The notes under the pieces: generated by a model
Told to the model about the DNA's origin: nothing
Database searches by the model: none
The model's input: only the letters and a program-made list of their open reading frames with translations
Program-made: the position numbers and the translations under genes
From: Pseudohongiellaceae bacterium
GTDB lineage: Bacteria; Pseudomonadota; Gammaproteobacteria; Pseudomonadales; Pseudohongiellaceae
Direction: 5' to 3'
Assembly (NCBI GenBank): GCA_047627195.1
Contig: JBLHTH010000001.1
Location: forward strand, 3,232 to 67,231
DNA: 64,000 nucleotides
Shown here: piece after piece, positions 53,436 to 63,863 of the stretch
How the letters are laid out: each line of letters opens with the position of its first letter
How positions within the stretch are numbered: the stretch's first letter is position 1

Positions 53436-55213
53436 CAGATTTGCCCGCCACTTGCAGCACCTGCAGTACCGTTAAGTTGTCGCTGCCGATATTGGTAGCG
53501 GAATTTCCTGCGCAGTAATTCGCCAGGATCATCTTCTATTCGCCTTAACCATTGTTCCAGCGCTTGCTGTTCTTCAAATTCTTCATTGCTAGTTTCGCTA
53601 GGAGTGTTTTGCTCACTATTGGATTCAGAGCTTTCTTGTTCCTCAGGAGGCTGATTCTGTTGCTCCTGCTCTTGCTGATCTTCGTTGCCTTCTTGGCTTT
53701 GTTGATCCTGCTGCTCGCTATTCTCTTCCTGCTCTTGTGATTCGCTCTCTGAATTTTGCTCGGATTGGCTCTCCTGGCTGTCGCCTTCTTGGTTTTCGCC
53801 TTCTTCCGATTCTTGCTGCTCTAATAACTGTTCAATGATTTCTTTGTTAGCGATGGCGTCAGCGTGATTAGGTTCAAGCGCTATGGCTGCGTCAAAGGCT
53901 GCAATGGATTCTTCGTAGTTGCCTGTTAAGGCCAGTGAGTTGCCTCTGTTATAATTGCCATCTGCTGACGGGTCCGCTGAATATGCAGCGATTGCCGCTT
54001 CGTAGTTCTCAGATTTGTAGTTAGCGGCACCTTGCCAGCCTAAAGATTGGAATAAGGAGGCGGCCACTGAGAGTTCGTCAGAGGCGTAGGCTTGTGCTGC
54101 TTGCTGATCTTTAGTCTTCCAAAGGTCGCGCCACTCAAATGCCTGTGCTTGCTGAGGGGGCAGTAAAAGACCGCCGCCGATAATCAATGACAAAGAGAAT
54201 AACCACCCTCTGCGAAAGCTCATGGCAGCAAGAGGAAGAACTAGCAAAAGCAGCCAAGGTCCTGTTTCGTACCAGACATCAAACTCTTCTTCGACATCAC
54301 TAAGCTGATTGTCATCCAGCGGATTCAGATCACTTAATAAATAAGCTAAGTCAGAGTCGGCCAGCTGAATATCGTGATAGCGACCGTTGACACGATTCGC
54401 CAGAGATTGAAGAACGTTTTTATTTAGTTTTGGGATGATGATGGTCCCGGCTTCATCGGTGAGAAGATTTCCATCACTGGTCCGTATCGGGGCACCTTCT
54501 TCGGTCCCAATTCCCATTATTAATAATTCGTAGTCGGTTTCTTGGATTTGGGCGGTGATCAACGCTTCCTGATCAAAACCGCTTATGCCGTCAGTCATTA
54601 AGAGGATTTTGCCGCGATTGGCCTCTACATCGTCTAGAAGTTTTATTGCCGCGTTAATAGCTAGCATCGGGTTACTGCCAAACAATGGCATTATATTGGG
54701 GCTCAGGGATGGCACCAAGGCGGCTATGGTGACTACGTCATCAGTTAGAGGAGTCACGGTATGCGCATCTCCTGCATAGACAACCAGGGCAGTTTGGCCT
54801 TCTTTACGTAAGTTTAGGATGTCTCTTAATTTGCGTTTTGCTAAATCCAATCTGCTTGGCTCATGATCGGGGGCAAACATGGATAGTGACAGATCCAATA
54901 CGATGACCAATGCGTCCTCTCGTTTCTGAACCGGCTGCGGCAATTTTTCCCAAACCGGTCCGGCCATCGAAACGACTGCTAAAGTCCAAGCGCCTAATAA
55001 AATAAAGAGAGGCGTGCGTTGAGCCGCGTTTTTGCTGCGATCCAACAGATAGGGGAGAAGGGACTTATCAATAGCTTTGTCCCACGCGGTTACCACGGAA
55101 TTGATTCTCCACATCGCAAGAAAACAAATGAGCGTGGGAATAAGTGCTAACAGCCAAATCGGCCGTAAAAACTGGAATTGTTCGAACAGATTGCTGGGAA
55201 TCATCACTTCCAT
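53432..55213 (-). CDS. VWA-domain / TPR fusion protein (BatB/BatC-like) with an acidic Glu/Gln/Ser-rich insert
   Basis: N-terminal TM helices, MIDAS DLSLSM, a second TM helix, TPR-like repeats (AAIAAYSADP...GNYEESIAAFDAAIALEPNH), about 90 aa of E/Q/S low complexity, and a C-terminal LEQWLRRIEDDPGELLRRKF motif. Confidence 0.8.
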   Translation of the reverse strand: MEVMIPSNLFEQFQFLRPIWLLALIPTLICFLAMWRINSVVTAWDKAIDKSLLPYLLDRSKNAAQRTPLFILLGAWTLAVVSMAGPVWEKLPQPVQKREDALVIVLDLSLSMFAPDHEPSRLDLAKRKLRDILNLRKEGQTALVVYAGDAHTVTPLTDDVVTIAALVPSLSPNIMPLFGSNPMLAINAAIKLLDDVEANRGKILLMTDGISGFDQEALITAQIQETDYELLIMGIGTEEGAPIRTSDGNLLTDEAGTIIIPKLNKNVLQSLANRVNGRYHDIQLADSDLAYLLSDLNPLDDNQLSDVEEEFDVWYETGPWLLLLVLPLAAMSFRRGWLFSLSLIIGGGLLLPPQQAQAFEWRDLWKTKDQQAAQAYASDELSVAASLFQSLGWQGAANYKSENYEAAIAAYSADPSADGNYNRGNSLALTGNYEESIAAFDAAIALEPNHADAIANKEIIEQLLEQQESEEGENQEGDSQESQSEQNSESESQEQEENSEQQDQQSQEGNEDQQEQEQQNQPPEEQESSESNSEQNTPSETSNEEFEEQQALEQWLRRIEDDPGELLRRKFRYQYRQRQLNGTAGAASGGQIW

Positions 55214-56277
55214 CAGGCTTGGTTTCCTGCTGTATTGCTGTCGTTATCCGAATCATCATCGGTGGCGCTAAGTCGAGCTCTACCGGTTAAGGATAACCAA
55301 GGAATCGATACTAGCGCCAGTAAGAAACTAATAATCAGTGCTGCTCCCAAAGGCCAATAAAACAAAACTCTCGTAGGCCGGTAAGTTTGCTCATCTTGCT
55401 CAATTGTTTCGAGGCGGTCGAGTTCTTCATAAATCTCTACAAGATCATTAACATCGCGCGCACGAAAATAGCGGCCGCCAGTGGATTCTGCGATTTGGGT
55501 GAGTACCGCTTCATCAAGTTCAGCAGAGGGGTTAATGGCTCTAGCGCCGAAAAAAGTCCTCTGCACTACTTGATCGGCACCAATACCTATGGTGTAGATT
55601 TTAATATTCTCTGTTTGTGCGAGCTTGCCCGCTTGTTCGGGAGACACCGCGCCGGCATTGTTTACGCCGTCAGTGAGAAGGACCATAACACGGCTATTTT
55701 CTGGCCGGGTCCGCAAATGGATAACCCCTAGCCCTATGGCGTCCCCTATTGCGGTGGCTGATTCTTCGATAATTCCTATATCGGCTTCTTCTAATAGCGT
55801 GCCTACGGTTTTTCTATCAAAGGTTAAAGGGGCTTGAATATAAGCATGGGCGGCGAATAGAATTAAGCCTAGTCTGTCACCTTCTCGGCGCTCGACGAAA
55901 TCTCCAACCACTGCTTTAACCACATCGATTCGCGAGGCTTGGCGATTGCCTACCACCATGTCTTGAGCTTCCATGCTGCCGGAGATATCTACAGATAACA
56001 TAAGGTCGCGGCCGGTAGAGGGCAGTTGGACTGGGTCCCCCAGCCATTGGGGTCGGCTCGCAGCTAAGACCAGCAAAATCCACATGAGGCAGCAGCAAAT
56101 TAGATTGAGTAAGCGTCCGCTAGATATATTCTCGTTATCGGACTGCAGCCTAGTCAGTGTGCTGAAAAACGGCACATACAGAGCCGCGTCTTGTCGTGGC
56201 GCTCTCGTTAAAAGGCGATAGACGATGAACGGCAACGGCAGGGCAATAAAAACTAAAGGCCAAGTAAATTCCAGCAT
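55213..56277 (-). CDS. VWA-domain membrane protein (BatA-like)
   Basis: N-terminal TM helices, MIDAS VDISGSM, LLTDGVNN and a C-terminal TM helix. There are 1-nt overlaps with both neighbours. Confidence 0.85.
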   Translation of the reverse strand: MLEFTWPLVFIALPLPFIVYRLLTRAPRQDAALYVPFFSTLTRLQSDNENISSGRLLNLICCCLMWILLVLAASRPQWLGDPVQLPSTGRDLMLSVDISGSMEAQDMVVGNRQASRIDVVKAVVGDFVERREGDRLGLILFAAHAYIQAPLTFDRKTVGTLLEEADIGIIEESATAIGDAIGLGVIHLRTRPENSRVMVLLTDGVNNAGAVSPEQAGKLAQTENIKIYTIGIGADQVVQRTFFGARAINPSAELDEAVLTQIAESTGGRYFRARDVNDLVEIYEELDRLETIEQDEQTYRPTRVLFYWPLGAALIISFLLALVSIPWLSLTGRARLSATDDDSDNDSNTAGNQA

Positions 56278-56849
56278 TAGTGGGCAGTTTCCTCGATCCC
56301 GGCGGTTTGGGGCGTTGATCTCACGGCTTGTTTTTGCCCCTGCGCATCATAAAGGCTGGCTATCCATTGAGTTGCAAAATCGTTCATTTCGTCGACATTG
56401 ATCTCGAGCTTGGTTTGAAATCTGCCGTGACTTAGCGCATCAGAAATTTCTGTTGTTAGAAGGGTCGACTCGCCATTTTCGCGAATAAAGCGAACCCATT
56501 CTGGGCCGCCTAAGCCGGCAACTGCGGCGCCTGGGAAATGGACCAAGGCAACTCGCTTCAATACTGAATTGGCTTCATTGGCGTAGGATAACTTTGAGCG
56601 ATTGGCATCGCTGCCTGATTCATTTTCTAATTCAGAGACGTAGCTGCTATAGCACCTGTCCAATTCAACCAAAGCCTGAGCTTTTATCTTGCGGCGATTG
56701 CTTATGATAAAACCCTTAGAGATTATCCATGCAATCATAATTAGCAACAGAGTTGCTAATATCCACCAGCCTGGAGCAGGCGGCCAAAAGTTTACCGGCT
56801 CCGGCAAATGAATGTCCGCAAGCTGCGCTAAGAGTTCTTCGCTATCCAT
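56277..56849 (-). CDS. DUF4381-like single-pass membrane protein
   Basis: N-terminal LADIHLPEPVNFWPPAPGWWIL followed by a TM helix. It sits in the typical position between DUF58 and BatA. Confidence 0.7.
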   Translation of the reverse strand: MDSEELLAQLADIHLPEPVNFWPPAPGWWILATLLLIMIAWIISKGFIISNRRKIKAQALVELDRCYSSYVSELENESGSDANRSKLSYANEANSVLKRVALVHFPGAAVAGLGGPEWVRFIRENGESTLLTTEISDALSHGRFQTKLEINVDEMNDFATQWIASLYDAQGQKQAVRSTPQTAGIEETAH

Positions 56850-57808
56850 TGTCTCACTTGCTCTAGAACTAACTGGTTAGTTCGCATTTTGATTAGTCGA
56901 ATTTGGAGCTTGTCGAGTTGTGTTTCAAGCCCCGCCACGCGCTGTCTAAACTGATCTCTGTAGTTGGCTCTAGCCTTGCTGCTATGAGTGTTGAGTGCGC
57001 CTTTTTTGCCGCCATCTGTAATACTGTAAATGCCGGGAACCGGAAGAGTCTCTTCTAAGGCGTCATAAACGAAACAGCAAACCACGTTATTGTGTTGAGA
57101 AAGCTGGTTCAAATATTGGAGTGCCTTTTCGTCCAAAGTTAAGAAGTCTGAGATTACATACAGGGTGCTGCCAGGCTTAGTGATTCGTCTTATTTTGCCC
57201 AAGGCATGTGCTAAGCCAGGCTTAAAAGTAGGATCTTCTGGTATCAATACCTCTGGATCTTGCCTTTCCTGAAGTTGCTGATTATATTGAAAAACTTGAT
57301 TCAATAAGTGTAGGGCGGAGCGTCTGCTACGTTTAGGTTTTACCAAGCTTGATGCGACATCTGAAAACACAAGGCCACCAACACGGTCGCCATTGTCTAT
57401 GGCTAGCCAGCAAAACAAAGCAGCTGCCTGAGCCGCAATAACCGATTTAAAAGCTACCTGACTGCCGAAATACATATTGCGGGTTTGATCTACCGCGATA
57501 AGAACGGGTCTTTCACGCTCTTCTCGAAAAACCTTAGTAAACGGCCGGTTTGTGCGCGCAGTGACTCGCCAGTCGATTAAGCGAATATCGTCGCCCGCTT
57601 GATAGGGTCTGAACTCTTCAAAATCCAGCCCGCGACCGCGCATCTTGGAAAGATGTAAACCGGAGATGCCCGCGGTTGAGCGAGAATGGATAAGATAATC
57701 GAGTGTTTTCGCTGCATATCGCTGTATTAGCAGCTGCTGCAAACTAACCACGGCTCCCTCAACTTGGTAGCGTGGTTGTTGCGGGGCTATGATGATTGGT
57801 GCTGACAT
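56828..57808 (-). CDS. DUF58 protein (MoxR partner), soluble type
   Basis: DUF58 signature FEEFRPYQAGDDIRLIDWRVTAR followed by a VWA-like segment. There is a 22-nt overlap with the downstream gene. Confidence 0.82.
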   Translation of the reverse strand: MSAPIIIAPQQPRYQVEGAVVSLQQLLIQRYAAKTLDYLIHSRSTAGISGLHLSKMRGRGLDFEEFRPYQAGDDIRLIDWRVTARTNRPFTKVFREERERPVLIAVDQTRNMYFGSQVAFKSVIAAQAAALFCWLAIDNGDRVGGLVFSDVASSLVKPKRSRRSALHLLNQVFQYNQQLQERQDPEVLIPEDPTFKPGLAHALGKIRRITKPGSTLYVISDFLTLDEKALQYLNQLSQHNNVVCCFVYDALEETLPVPGIYSITDGGKKGALNTHSSKARANYRDQFRQRVAGLETQLDKLQIRLIKMRTNQLVLEQVRQWIAKNS

Positions 57809-57826
57809 AGTTTTGCCTAAATTGGA

Positions 57827-58786
57827 TTAGGCGCAGGGCACGCGTTGGCGAATAGTCTCCAAAACCTGATCGGGGGTCACGCCGCCAGCTTCTGCCTCAA
57901 AGCTTAATAGTATGCGGTGGCGCAGCGCATCAAATAAGATTTCCTGAACATCATCTGGGCTTACAAAGTCTCGCCCTTGAATCCAAGCATAAGCGCGTGC
58001 GCAGCGGTCCAAAGCAATCGTGCCGCGAGGGCTGGCGCCGTATTCAAGCCAAGCGGATAGGTCTTCACCATAGACTTCAGGCTTACGCGTAGCCATGATC
58101 AGCTGTATAATGTATTCCTCAACTTCCGGTGCCATATGCATCTCAAGAATTTCCTGCCTAGCCGCAAAAATTGACTCTTGTGTTACTTGCGAAGGCACTA
58201 CAGGTGCGTTGTTCTGCGCTTCACTGCGAACAAGGTGGAGAATCTCCCGCTCTGCTTTAGCATCGGGGTAACCTATGGTTACGTGCATTAAAAATCGGTC
58301 AAGTTGGGCTTCAGGGAGAGGGTAAGTACCTTCTTGCTCGATAGGATTTTGAGTCGCCATTACTAAAAATAGTGGCGGCAGCGTGAAGGATTCTCGGCCA
58401 ACGCTGACTTGATGCTCACCCATCGCTTCTAAAAGAGCAGATTGCACTTTTGCAGGGGCTCGGTTAATTTCATCTGCCAACACTAAATTATGGAAAATTG
58501 GGCCTGGCTGAAACTTAAAGGAGCCGTCTTCTGGTCGATAAACTTCCGTGCCTGTGATATCGCTAGGTAAGAGGTCGGGTGTAAACTGAATTCGGTGGAA
58601 ATCACCTTCAATTGCACGGGATAAGTCTTTGATGGCTTTGGTTTTTGCTAAACCAGGCGCGCCCTCAACGAGTAAGTGTCCATCGGCAAGTAATGCAATT
58701 AATAAGCGATCAATTAGACGCTCTTGTCCTATAATTTGATGTGATAACCAATTTTTGAGGTCTGTTATTATTCCATGATGGCTCAT
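57827..58786 (-). CDS. MoxR-family AAA+ ATPase
   Basis: Contains Walker A GAPGLAKTK, Walker B VLADEINRAPAKVQSALLEAMGE, ATQNPIEQEGTYPLPEAQLDRF. Confidence 0.92.
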   Translation of the reverse strand: MSHHGIITDLKNWLSHQIIGQERLIDRLLIALLADGHLLVEGAPGLAKTKAIKDLSRAIEGDFHRIQFTPDLLPSDITGTEVYRPEDGSFKFQPGPIFHNLVLADEINRAPAKVQSALLEAMGEHQVSVGRESFTLPPLFLVMATQNPIEQEGTYPLPEAQLDRFLMHVTIGYPDAKAEREILHLVRSEAQNNAPVVPSQVTQESIFAARQEILEMHMAPEVEEYIIQLIMATRKPEVYGEDLSAWLEYGASPRGTIALDRCARAYAWIQGRDFVSPDDVQEILFDALRHRILLSFEAEAGGVTPDQVLETIRQRVPCA

Positions 58787-58998
58787 AAAAGGAGTTCTCT
58801 TTGTTCGGGCGCTCGATAGGCAAAGTCAGGGATTGTAAACGTTTTGTATGGGATGTCTAGGCGAAGATTGTAGCGGAGTGTTGCAGAATTATTTGAAAAG
58901 ACAGTGGCTTGCAAGATGCTAGGATGCTTCGTGATTTGAAGCCAACGATAGAAGAGTTAGGACGGAACTTATAATCAATTCCGGTCTGGAGAAATTAG

Positions 58999-61900
58999 AT
59001 GAATGCAAAACAAAATCTGGATAACGCTTTACTAGTGCCAGTACTTAAATTAATTGACAAGCAGTTCGCGAAGTCAGAAGCGAACCGAGTAAAGCTCTTT
59101 GCTAAACGCTATTTTGCGAGCACTTATAAAGCGGAAATATCCAATCAGAGCGATAATCAGATTCTAGAAGCGCTCGTTCAGGCCTGGGACTTTGTTCAGG
59201 AGCGAAAATCTAGTGCTCCAAAAATTCAGTTCAGTGAAATAAAAGCTGAGCAAAAAGGCGGTAAACCTGTCGGCGGGAGAATTTATGTTCTTGTGAACGA
59301 TATGCCTTTTTTAGTCGATTCAATTCGCCAAGCAGTGAACAGAGCAGGTGTGAGTATCCGCAGTGTAAATAATGCGGTGCTTCAGGTTGAGAGAGAGACA
59401 AAAAGTAAAGACAGCGCAGGTAGACTCAAATTCATAAGCACGGATAACACGCCGTCTCAAAATGGCGAAGCAATTTGTTGCATTAACTGCGGCGTCATCA
59501 GTGCGTCTCAAATCCCGCTGTTGGAGCGCGAACTTAAAGATACGTTAAAACACGTTTCAGCTGCTGTTAAAGATTACTTACCAATTTGTCAGCAAGCAGA
59601 GAATGTTAAAAGCGCGTTGCGCAAGAATGCAGATATTTTGCCTGTTAGTGAGAAAGAACTAAACGAGTCGATCGAGTTTATTGGTTGGCTTCTAAGTAAC
59701 CATTTTTCTTTTTTAGGCTATGAAAAATATAAAATTAAATACCTTAAGTCAGGTGCGATGGTTGAACTTCAAACTGGTTCCACTTTAGGGATTTCAAAAT
59801 TCAAATCAGGTCTTAAGGAACGAGTAAAGCTGTCAAGCCTACCGAAGAGCAATGTTGAGCACATTTTGAAGAAGCAAATATGCTGTTTTGCTAAGTCAAG
59901 TAACCGATCAAAAGTGCATCGCTCGGTTCACCTTGACTATGTATTACTTAAAGAATTCGATAGCAAGGGCAGAGTGGTAACTGAACATAGGTTTGTTGGC
60001 CTGTATACGTCGTCTGTGTATTATCGAACGGCTTTGGAAATTCCCTTGATTCGGGAAAAAGTGAATCAAGTTCTCGATGAATCAGGTTTTTCACCTAACG
60101 GTCACAGTATTAAAGACCTTTTGCAGGTGATTAATGTTTTCCCTAGAGACGAGCTGTTTCAAATCAACAAAGAACAGCTGTATTCAACAGCGTTAGAAAT
60201 TACGCAGATCCAAGAAACTCGTATTTCGAAACTATTTGTACGTCGGGATTCATACGGTAAATTCTTCTCCTGCCTTGTATATATGCCAAGAGATATTTAC
60301 AACACGAAGGTAAGGCAACAAGTTCAAAATTTACTTAAAAATGAGCTACAGGCGGCTGAGGTTGAGTTCAGCACTTATTTGTCAGAGTCGATGCTGGTAC
60401 GCATTCATTTTATTCTACGTACACCTGAAATTCAGAACGTTAAATATAATCGAGCGAAGCTAGAAGCGCAGATGGTTCGACTCGTCAAACCTTGGGATGA
60501 CTATTTTCTTGAAAGCTTGCAAGAAAATTATCCGGATGCAGAGGCTGAGAATCTGTTCTCAGTATATTCGTCCTGCTACTCGACATCTTATAAGGAAACT
60601 TACAGTGCCGGTGAAGGGGTAATTGATATTACTCGACTTGCCCGCGTGGTTGAAAGCAAAGGGCTAGCTCTGGATTTAGAGGCTTGTGATCCTGGTTCTT
60701 TCGCTGAGTTGAGCTTTAAGATATTCAGCTTTAAACAACAATTAATTTTATCAGATGTGGTGCCTGTCCTTGAAAATTTGGGCCTAAATATCATCGGAGA
60801 AAAAGCATTTAAATTGCAGCCTGATTGCGAAGAAGTCATTTGGATGCATGACTTTTCGCTGTCTCGAAAGAACACCAGCGCTAAACTTCCACCAGGCTTG
60901 GAGGAGAATTTTGAAGACGCTTTTGCTGCTGTTTGGAAGAAAAAAACTGAGGATGATAGTTTTAATCAGCTTGTTATTGCCGCGCAAATACACTGGCGCG
61001 ATGCAGCGTTACTTCGTGCCTATGCAGCGTACCTCAAGCAAATACAATTCGGTTACAGCGCTCAATATATTGCCGACACGTTGGCGCAATATAAAAGTAT
61101 CGCCAATCAGCTCGTGGATTATTTTTACGCTCAATTTGACCCGGCTATTAAATCATCTAAAAGGCCGGCTGCTGCAAAGCTGCATAAGAAAATTCTTGTC
61201 GCAATTGACAAGGTGTCCAACCTAGCTGAAGACAGCGTTTTACGCTCGATCTTAGAATTGATGGATGCAACGCTCAGAACTAATTACTTCCAAACGGATG
61301 AGGAGGGCGAGAATAAGGATTATTTTTCATTTAAGTTCGAGGCTGCTGCGATCAAAAACATGCCGCTGCCCAAGCCGATGTTTGAAATATTTGTGTTCTC
61401 GCGCAACGTTGAAGGGGTGCACTTGCGCGGTGGGAAAGTTGCTAGAGGCGGGCTGCGTTGGTCAGATCGCTGCGAAGACTATCGCACTGAGGTACTTGGT
61501 TTGGTGAAAGCGCAGCAAGTTAAAAACTCGGTCATTGTACCGGTGGGAGCGAAGGGCGGTTTTGTTGTAAAGCAAACCAGCACGCCAGGAGATCGAGATG
61601 AATTGATGCGTGTCGGTATTAGTTGTTATCGCACCTTTATAAGAGGCCTGCTTGATATCACTGACAACATCGTTGCTGACAAAGTAAAGGCCCCGGTGCA
61701 GGTTGTAAGAAAGGACAAAGACGATCCCTATCTTGTAGTGGCAGCTGACAAAGGCACAGCGACATTTTCTGATATCGCCAACGGCATCGCTGAGGACTAT
61801 AAATTTTGGCTAGGAGATGGATTTGCATCCGGCGGCAGCAATGGCTATGACCACAAGCAAATGGGAATTACAGCCAAAGGTGCTTGGGTTTCTGTGCAAA

Positions 61901-63852
61901 GGCATTTCCGCGAACAGGGTGTGAATATTCAGAAGCAAGATTTTTCGGTAGTTGGTATTGGAGACATGTCAGGTGATGTTTTCGGAAATGGCATGTTGCT
62001 ATCAAAGCATATTTGTTTGCAGGCTGCATTCAATCACCTTCATATCTTTATAGATCCTACCCCCGATTCCCAAGCAAGTTTTAAGGAGCGCCAGCGTTTA
62101 TTCAAACTGCCTAGGTCAGGCTGGGGTGACTATGAAGAAAAATTAATATCTAAAGGTGGGGGTGTGTTTCAGCGCTCAGCCAAATCTATTGCAATATCCA
62201 GTGAAATGCAGAAAACATTCGGCTTCGAACAAACTTCGGCTACGCCTAGCGAACTCATTTCGCTTCTCTTAAAGGCGCCAGTGGATTTACTTTGGAATGG
62301 TGGAATTGGCACCTATGTTAAAGCCTCTAGCGAAAGCCATGGCGAGGTTGGGGACAAAGCCAACGATGGCCTGCGTGTTGACGCAAATGAGTTGCGCTGT
62401 AAAGTAATTGGCGAAGGTGGAAACCTAGGTTTTACCCAGCGCTCACGAATAGAATTTGGGTTAAACGGCGGCATATCGTTAACCGATTTCATTGATAACT
62501 CAGCCGGTGTGGATTGCTCTGACCATGAGGTCAATATAAAAATCCTGCTAAATAAACAGATGGCTGACAATAAACTTAACCTGCTTAAGCGGAACAAGTT
62601 ACTTAAGAGTATGACAGAGGAGGTTTCGAGTTTAGTTTTAGATAATAACTACAGTCAAGTTCAGGCGATTGGCGTGGCTCAAGCTCAAATGGAGGCTCGC
62701 GGCAAAGAGTATGTCGGTCTGATCAGTTTTCTAGAGAAGCACGCTGACCTAAATCGTAAGCTTGAATATTTGCCGACTGATGATGTGCTTGAAGAGCGGA
62801 TCGCAAAGAACAAGTTTTTGACGAGGCCAGAAGTCTCCATAGTGACTTCCTACATGAAGATGTTCTTGAAAAAAGAGCTGGTCAGTGTCGGCTACATTGA
62901 TGATGACTATTTGTTGCCGTATCTCTACAGCGCATTCCCAGCAAAGCTGCGCCAGTCACATCAGCAGGCGATAGAGGCTCATCAACTGAGACGTGAAATC
63001 GTTTCAACACAGCTAGCAAATTCTATCGTTAATTTGTTTGGGCCAAGTTTCGTCTATCGTTTAGTCGACGCAACTGGCGCCTTACCTTGCGAGGTGGTTA
63101 AGGCTGCTGTTATCGCATTGCATATATATAAAATTGACGAGACATGGACGGAGATTGAAGCACTAGACTACAAGGTAGACGCATCCGTTCAAGGAGACAT
63201 GATGTTTCAGCTTATTAGGTTGGCGCGTCGCGCGACCAGATGGCTAATTAGAAACAAGCGTAACAATTTGGATTTTGCAGCATGCTACGAACTTTATGCT
63301 AAGAAAATCGCGACCGCGCGGGAAATGATACCGGCTAAGCTTCCGGAAGCGTCGCAAGCGACTTTCTTGCGTAAGCAACAGATCCTATTGGACAGTAAAG
63401 TGCCTGAATCTGTGGCGACCCAGATTGCGAGCTGTCAATTTCTGGTGCCAGCAACTAGCCTTATTGAGATATCGACTTCCACCGGTCATGGCCTCTCGTC
63501 CATATTCGATGTTTATTATGCGATGGGTGAGGAGCTGCAGCTTAATTGGTTGGGAGAGATGATCAATCAGTTAGAGGTAAGTAACTATTGGCAAGCCTTA
63601 GCGCGAGAAAGCTTCTTGGACGATATGTCTTGGCAGCAGCGAGCACTTACGCTTAATGCCTTAGCTGTTGGGACCAAAAAGGTTTCGGCGGCGACTTTGG
63701 TTTCTCTGTGGGCGGACGATAATTCTGAGGAGTTAACTAGAGTCAAGATGATGCTGGCTAAGCTGAAGTCCGAAGCTCGACCCGACTACTCAATGTTTTC
63801 AGTTGCTCTTCGGGAGCTGTTAAACCTTGCCCAAACCACTGGCCGAAACTAG
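58999..63852 (+). CDS. gdhB: NAD-specific glutamate dehydrogenase (large 180-kDa class)
   Basis: The 1617-aa length and the catalytic core (RGGLRWSDR, VGAKGGFV, GDMSGDVFGNGML) are characteristic of the GdhB/Bac_GDH family. Confidence 0.93.
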   Translation: MNAKQNLDNALLVPVLKLIDKQFAKSEANRVKLFAKRYFASTYKAEISNQSDNQILEALVQAWDFVQERKSSAPKIQFSEIKAEQKGGKPVGGRIYVLVNDMPFLVDSIRQAVNRAGVSIRSVNNAVLQVERETKSKDSAGRLKFISTDNTPSQNGEAICCINCGVISASQIPLLERELKDTLKHVSAAVKDYLPICQQAENVKSALRKNADILPVSEKELNESIEFIGWLLSNHFSFLGYEKYKIKYLKSGAMVELQTGSTLGISKFKSGLKERVKLSSLPKSNVEHILKKQICCFAKSSNRSKVHRSVHLDYVLLKEFDSKGRVVTEHRFVGLYTSSVYYRTALEIPLIREKVNQVLDESGFSPNGHSIKDLLQVINVFPRDELFQINKEQLYSTALEITQIQETRISKLFVRRDSYGKFFSCLVYMPRDIYNTKVRQQVQNLLKNELQAAEVEFSTYLSESMLVRIHFILRTPEIQNVKYNRAKLEAQMVRLVKPWDDYFLESLQENYPDAEAENLFSVYSSCYSTSYKETYSAGEGVIDITRLARVVESKGLALDLEACDPGSFAELSFKIFSFKQQLILSDVVPVLENLGLNIIGEKAFKLQPDCEEVIWMHDFSLSRKNTSAKLPPGLEENFEDAFAAVWKKKTEDDSFNQLVIAAQIHWRDAALLRAYAAYLKQIQFGYSAQYIADTLAQYKSIANQLVDYFYAQFDPAIKSSKRPAAAKLHKKILVAIDKVSNLAEDSVLRSILELMDATLRTNYFQTDEEGENKDYFSFKFEAAAIKNMPLPKPMFEIFVFSRNVEGVHLRGGKVARGGLRWSDRCEDYRTEVLGLVKAQQVKNSVIVPVGAKGGFVVKQTSTPGDRDELMRVGISCYRTFIRGLLDITDNIVADKVKAPVQVVRKDKDDPYLVVAADKGTATFSDIANGIAEDYKFWLGDGFASGGSNGYDHKQMGITAKGAWVSVQRHFREQGVNIQKQDFSVVGIGDMSGDVFGNGMLLSKHICLQAAFNHLHIFIDPTPDSQASFKERQRLFKLPRSGWGDYEEKLISKGGGVFQRSAKSIAISSEMQKTFGFEQTSATPSELISLLLKAPVDLLWNGGIGTYVKASSESHGEVGDKANDGLRVDANELRCKVIGEGGNLGFTQRSRIEFGLNGGISLTDFIDNSAGVDCSDHEVNIKILLNKQMADNKLNLLKRNKLLKSMTEEVSSLVLDNNYSQVQAIGVAQAQMEARGKEYVGLISFLEKHADLNRKLEYLPTDDVLEERIAKNKFLTRPEVSIVTSYMKMFLKKELVSVGYIDDDYLLPYLYSAFPAKLRQSHQQAIEAHQLRREIVSTQLANSIVNLFGPSFVYRLVDATGALPCEVVKAAVIALHIYKIDETWTEIEALDYKVDASVQGDMMFQLIRLARRATRWLIRNKRNNLDFAACYELYAKKIATAREMIPAKLPEASQATFLRKQQILLDSKVPESVATQIASCQFLVPATSLIEISTSTGHGLSSIFDVYYAMGEELQLNWLGEMINQLEVSNYWQALARESFLDDMSWQQRALTLNALAVGTKKVSAATLVSLWADDNSEELTRVKMMLAKLKSEARPDYSMFSVALRELLNLAQTTGRN

Positions 63853-63863
63853 ATTAAGCAATA

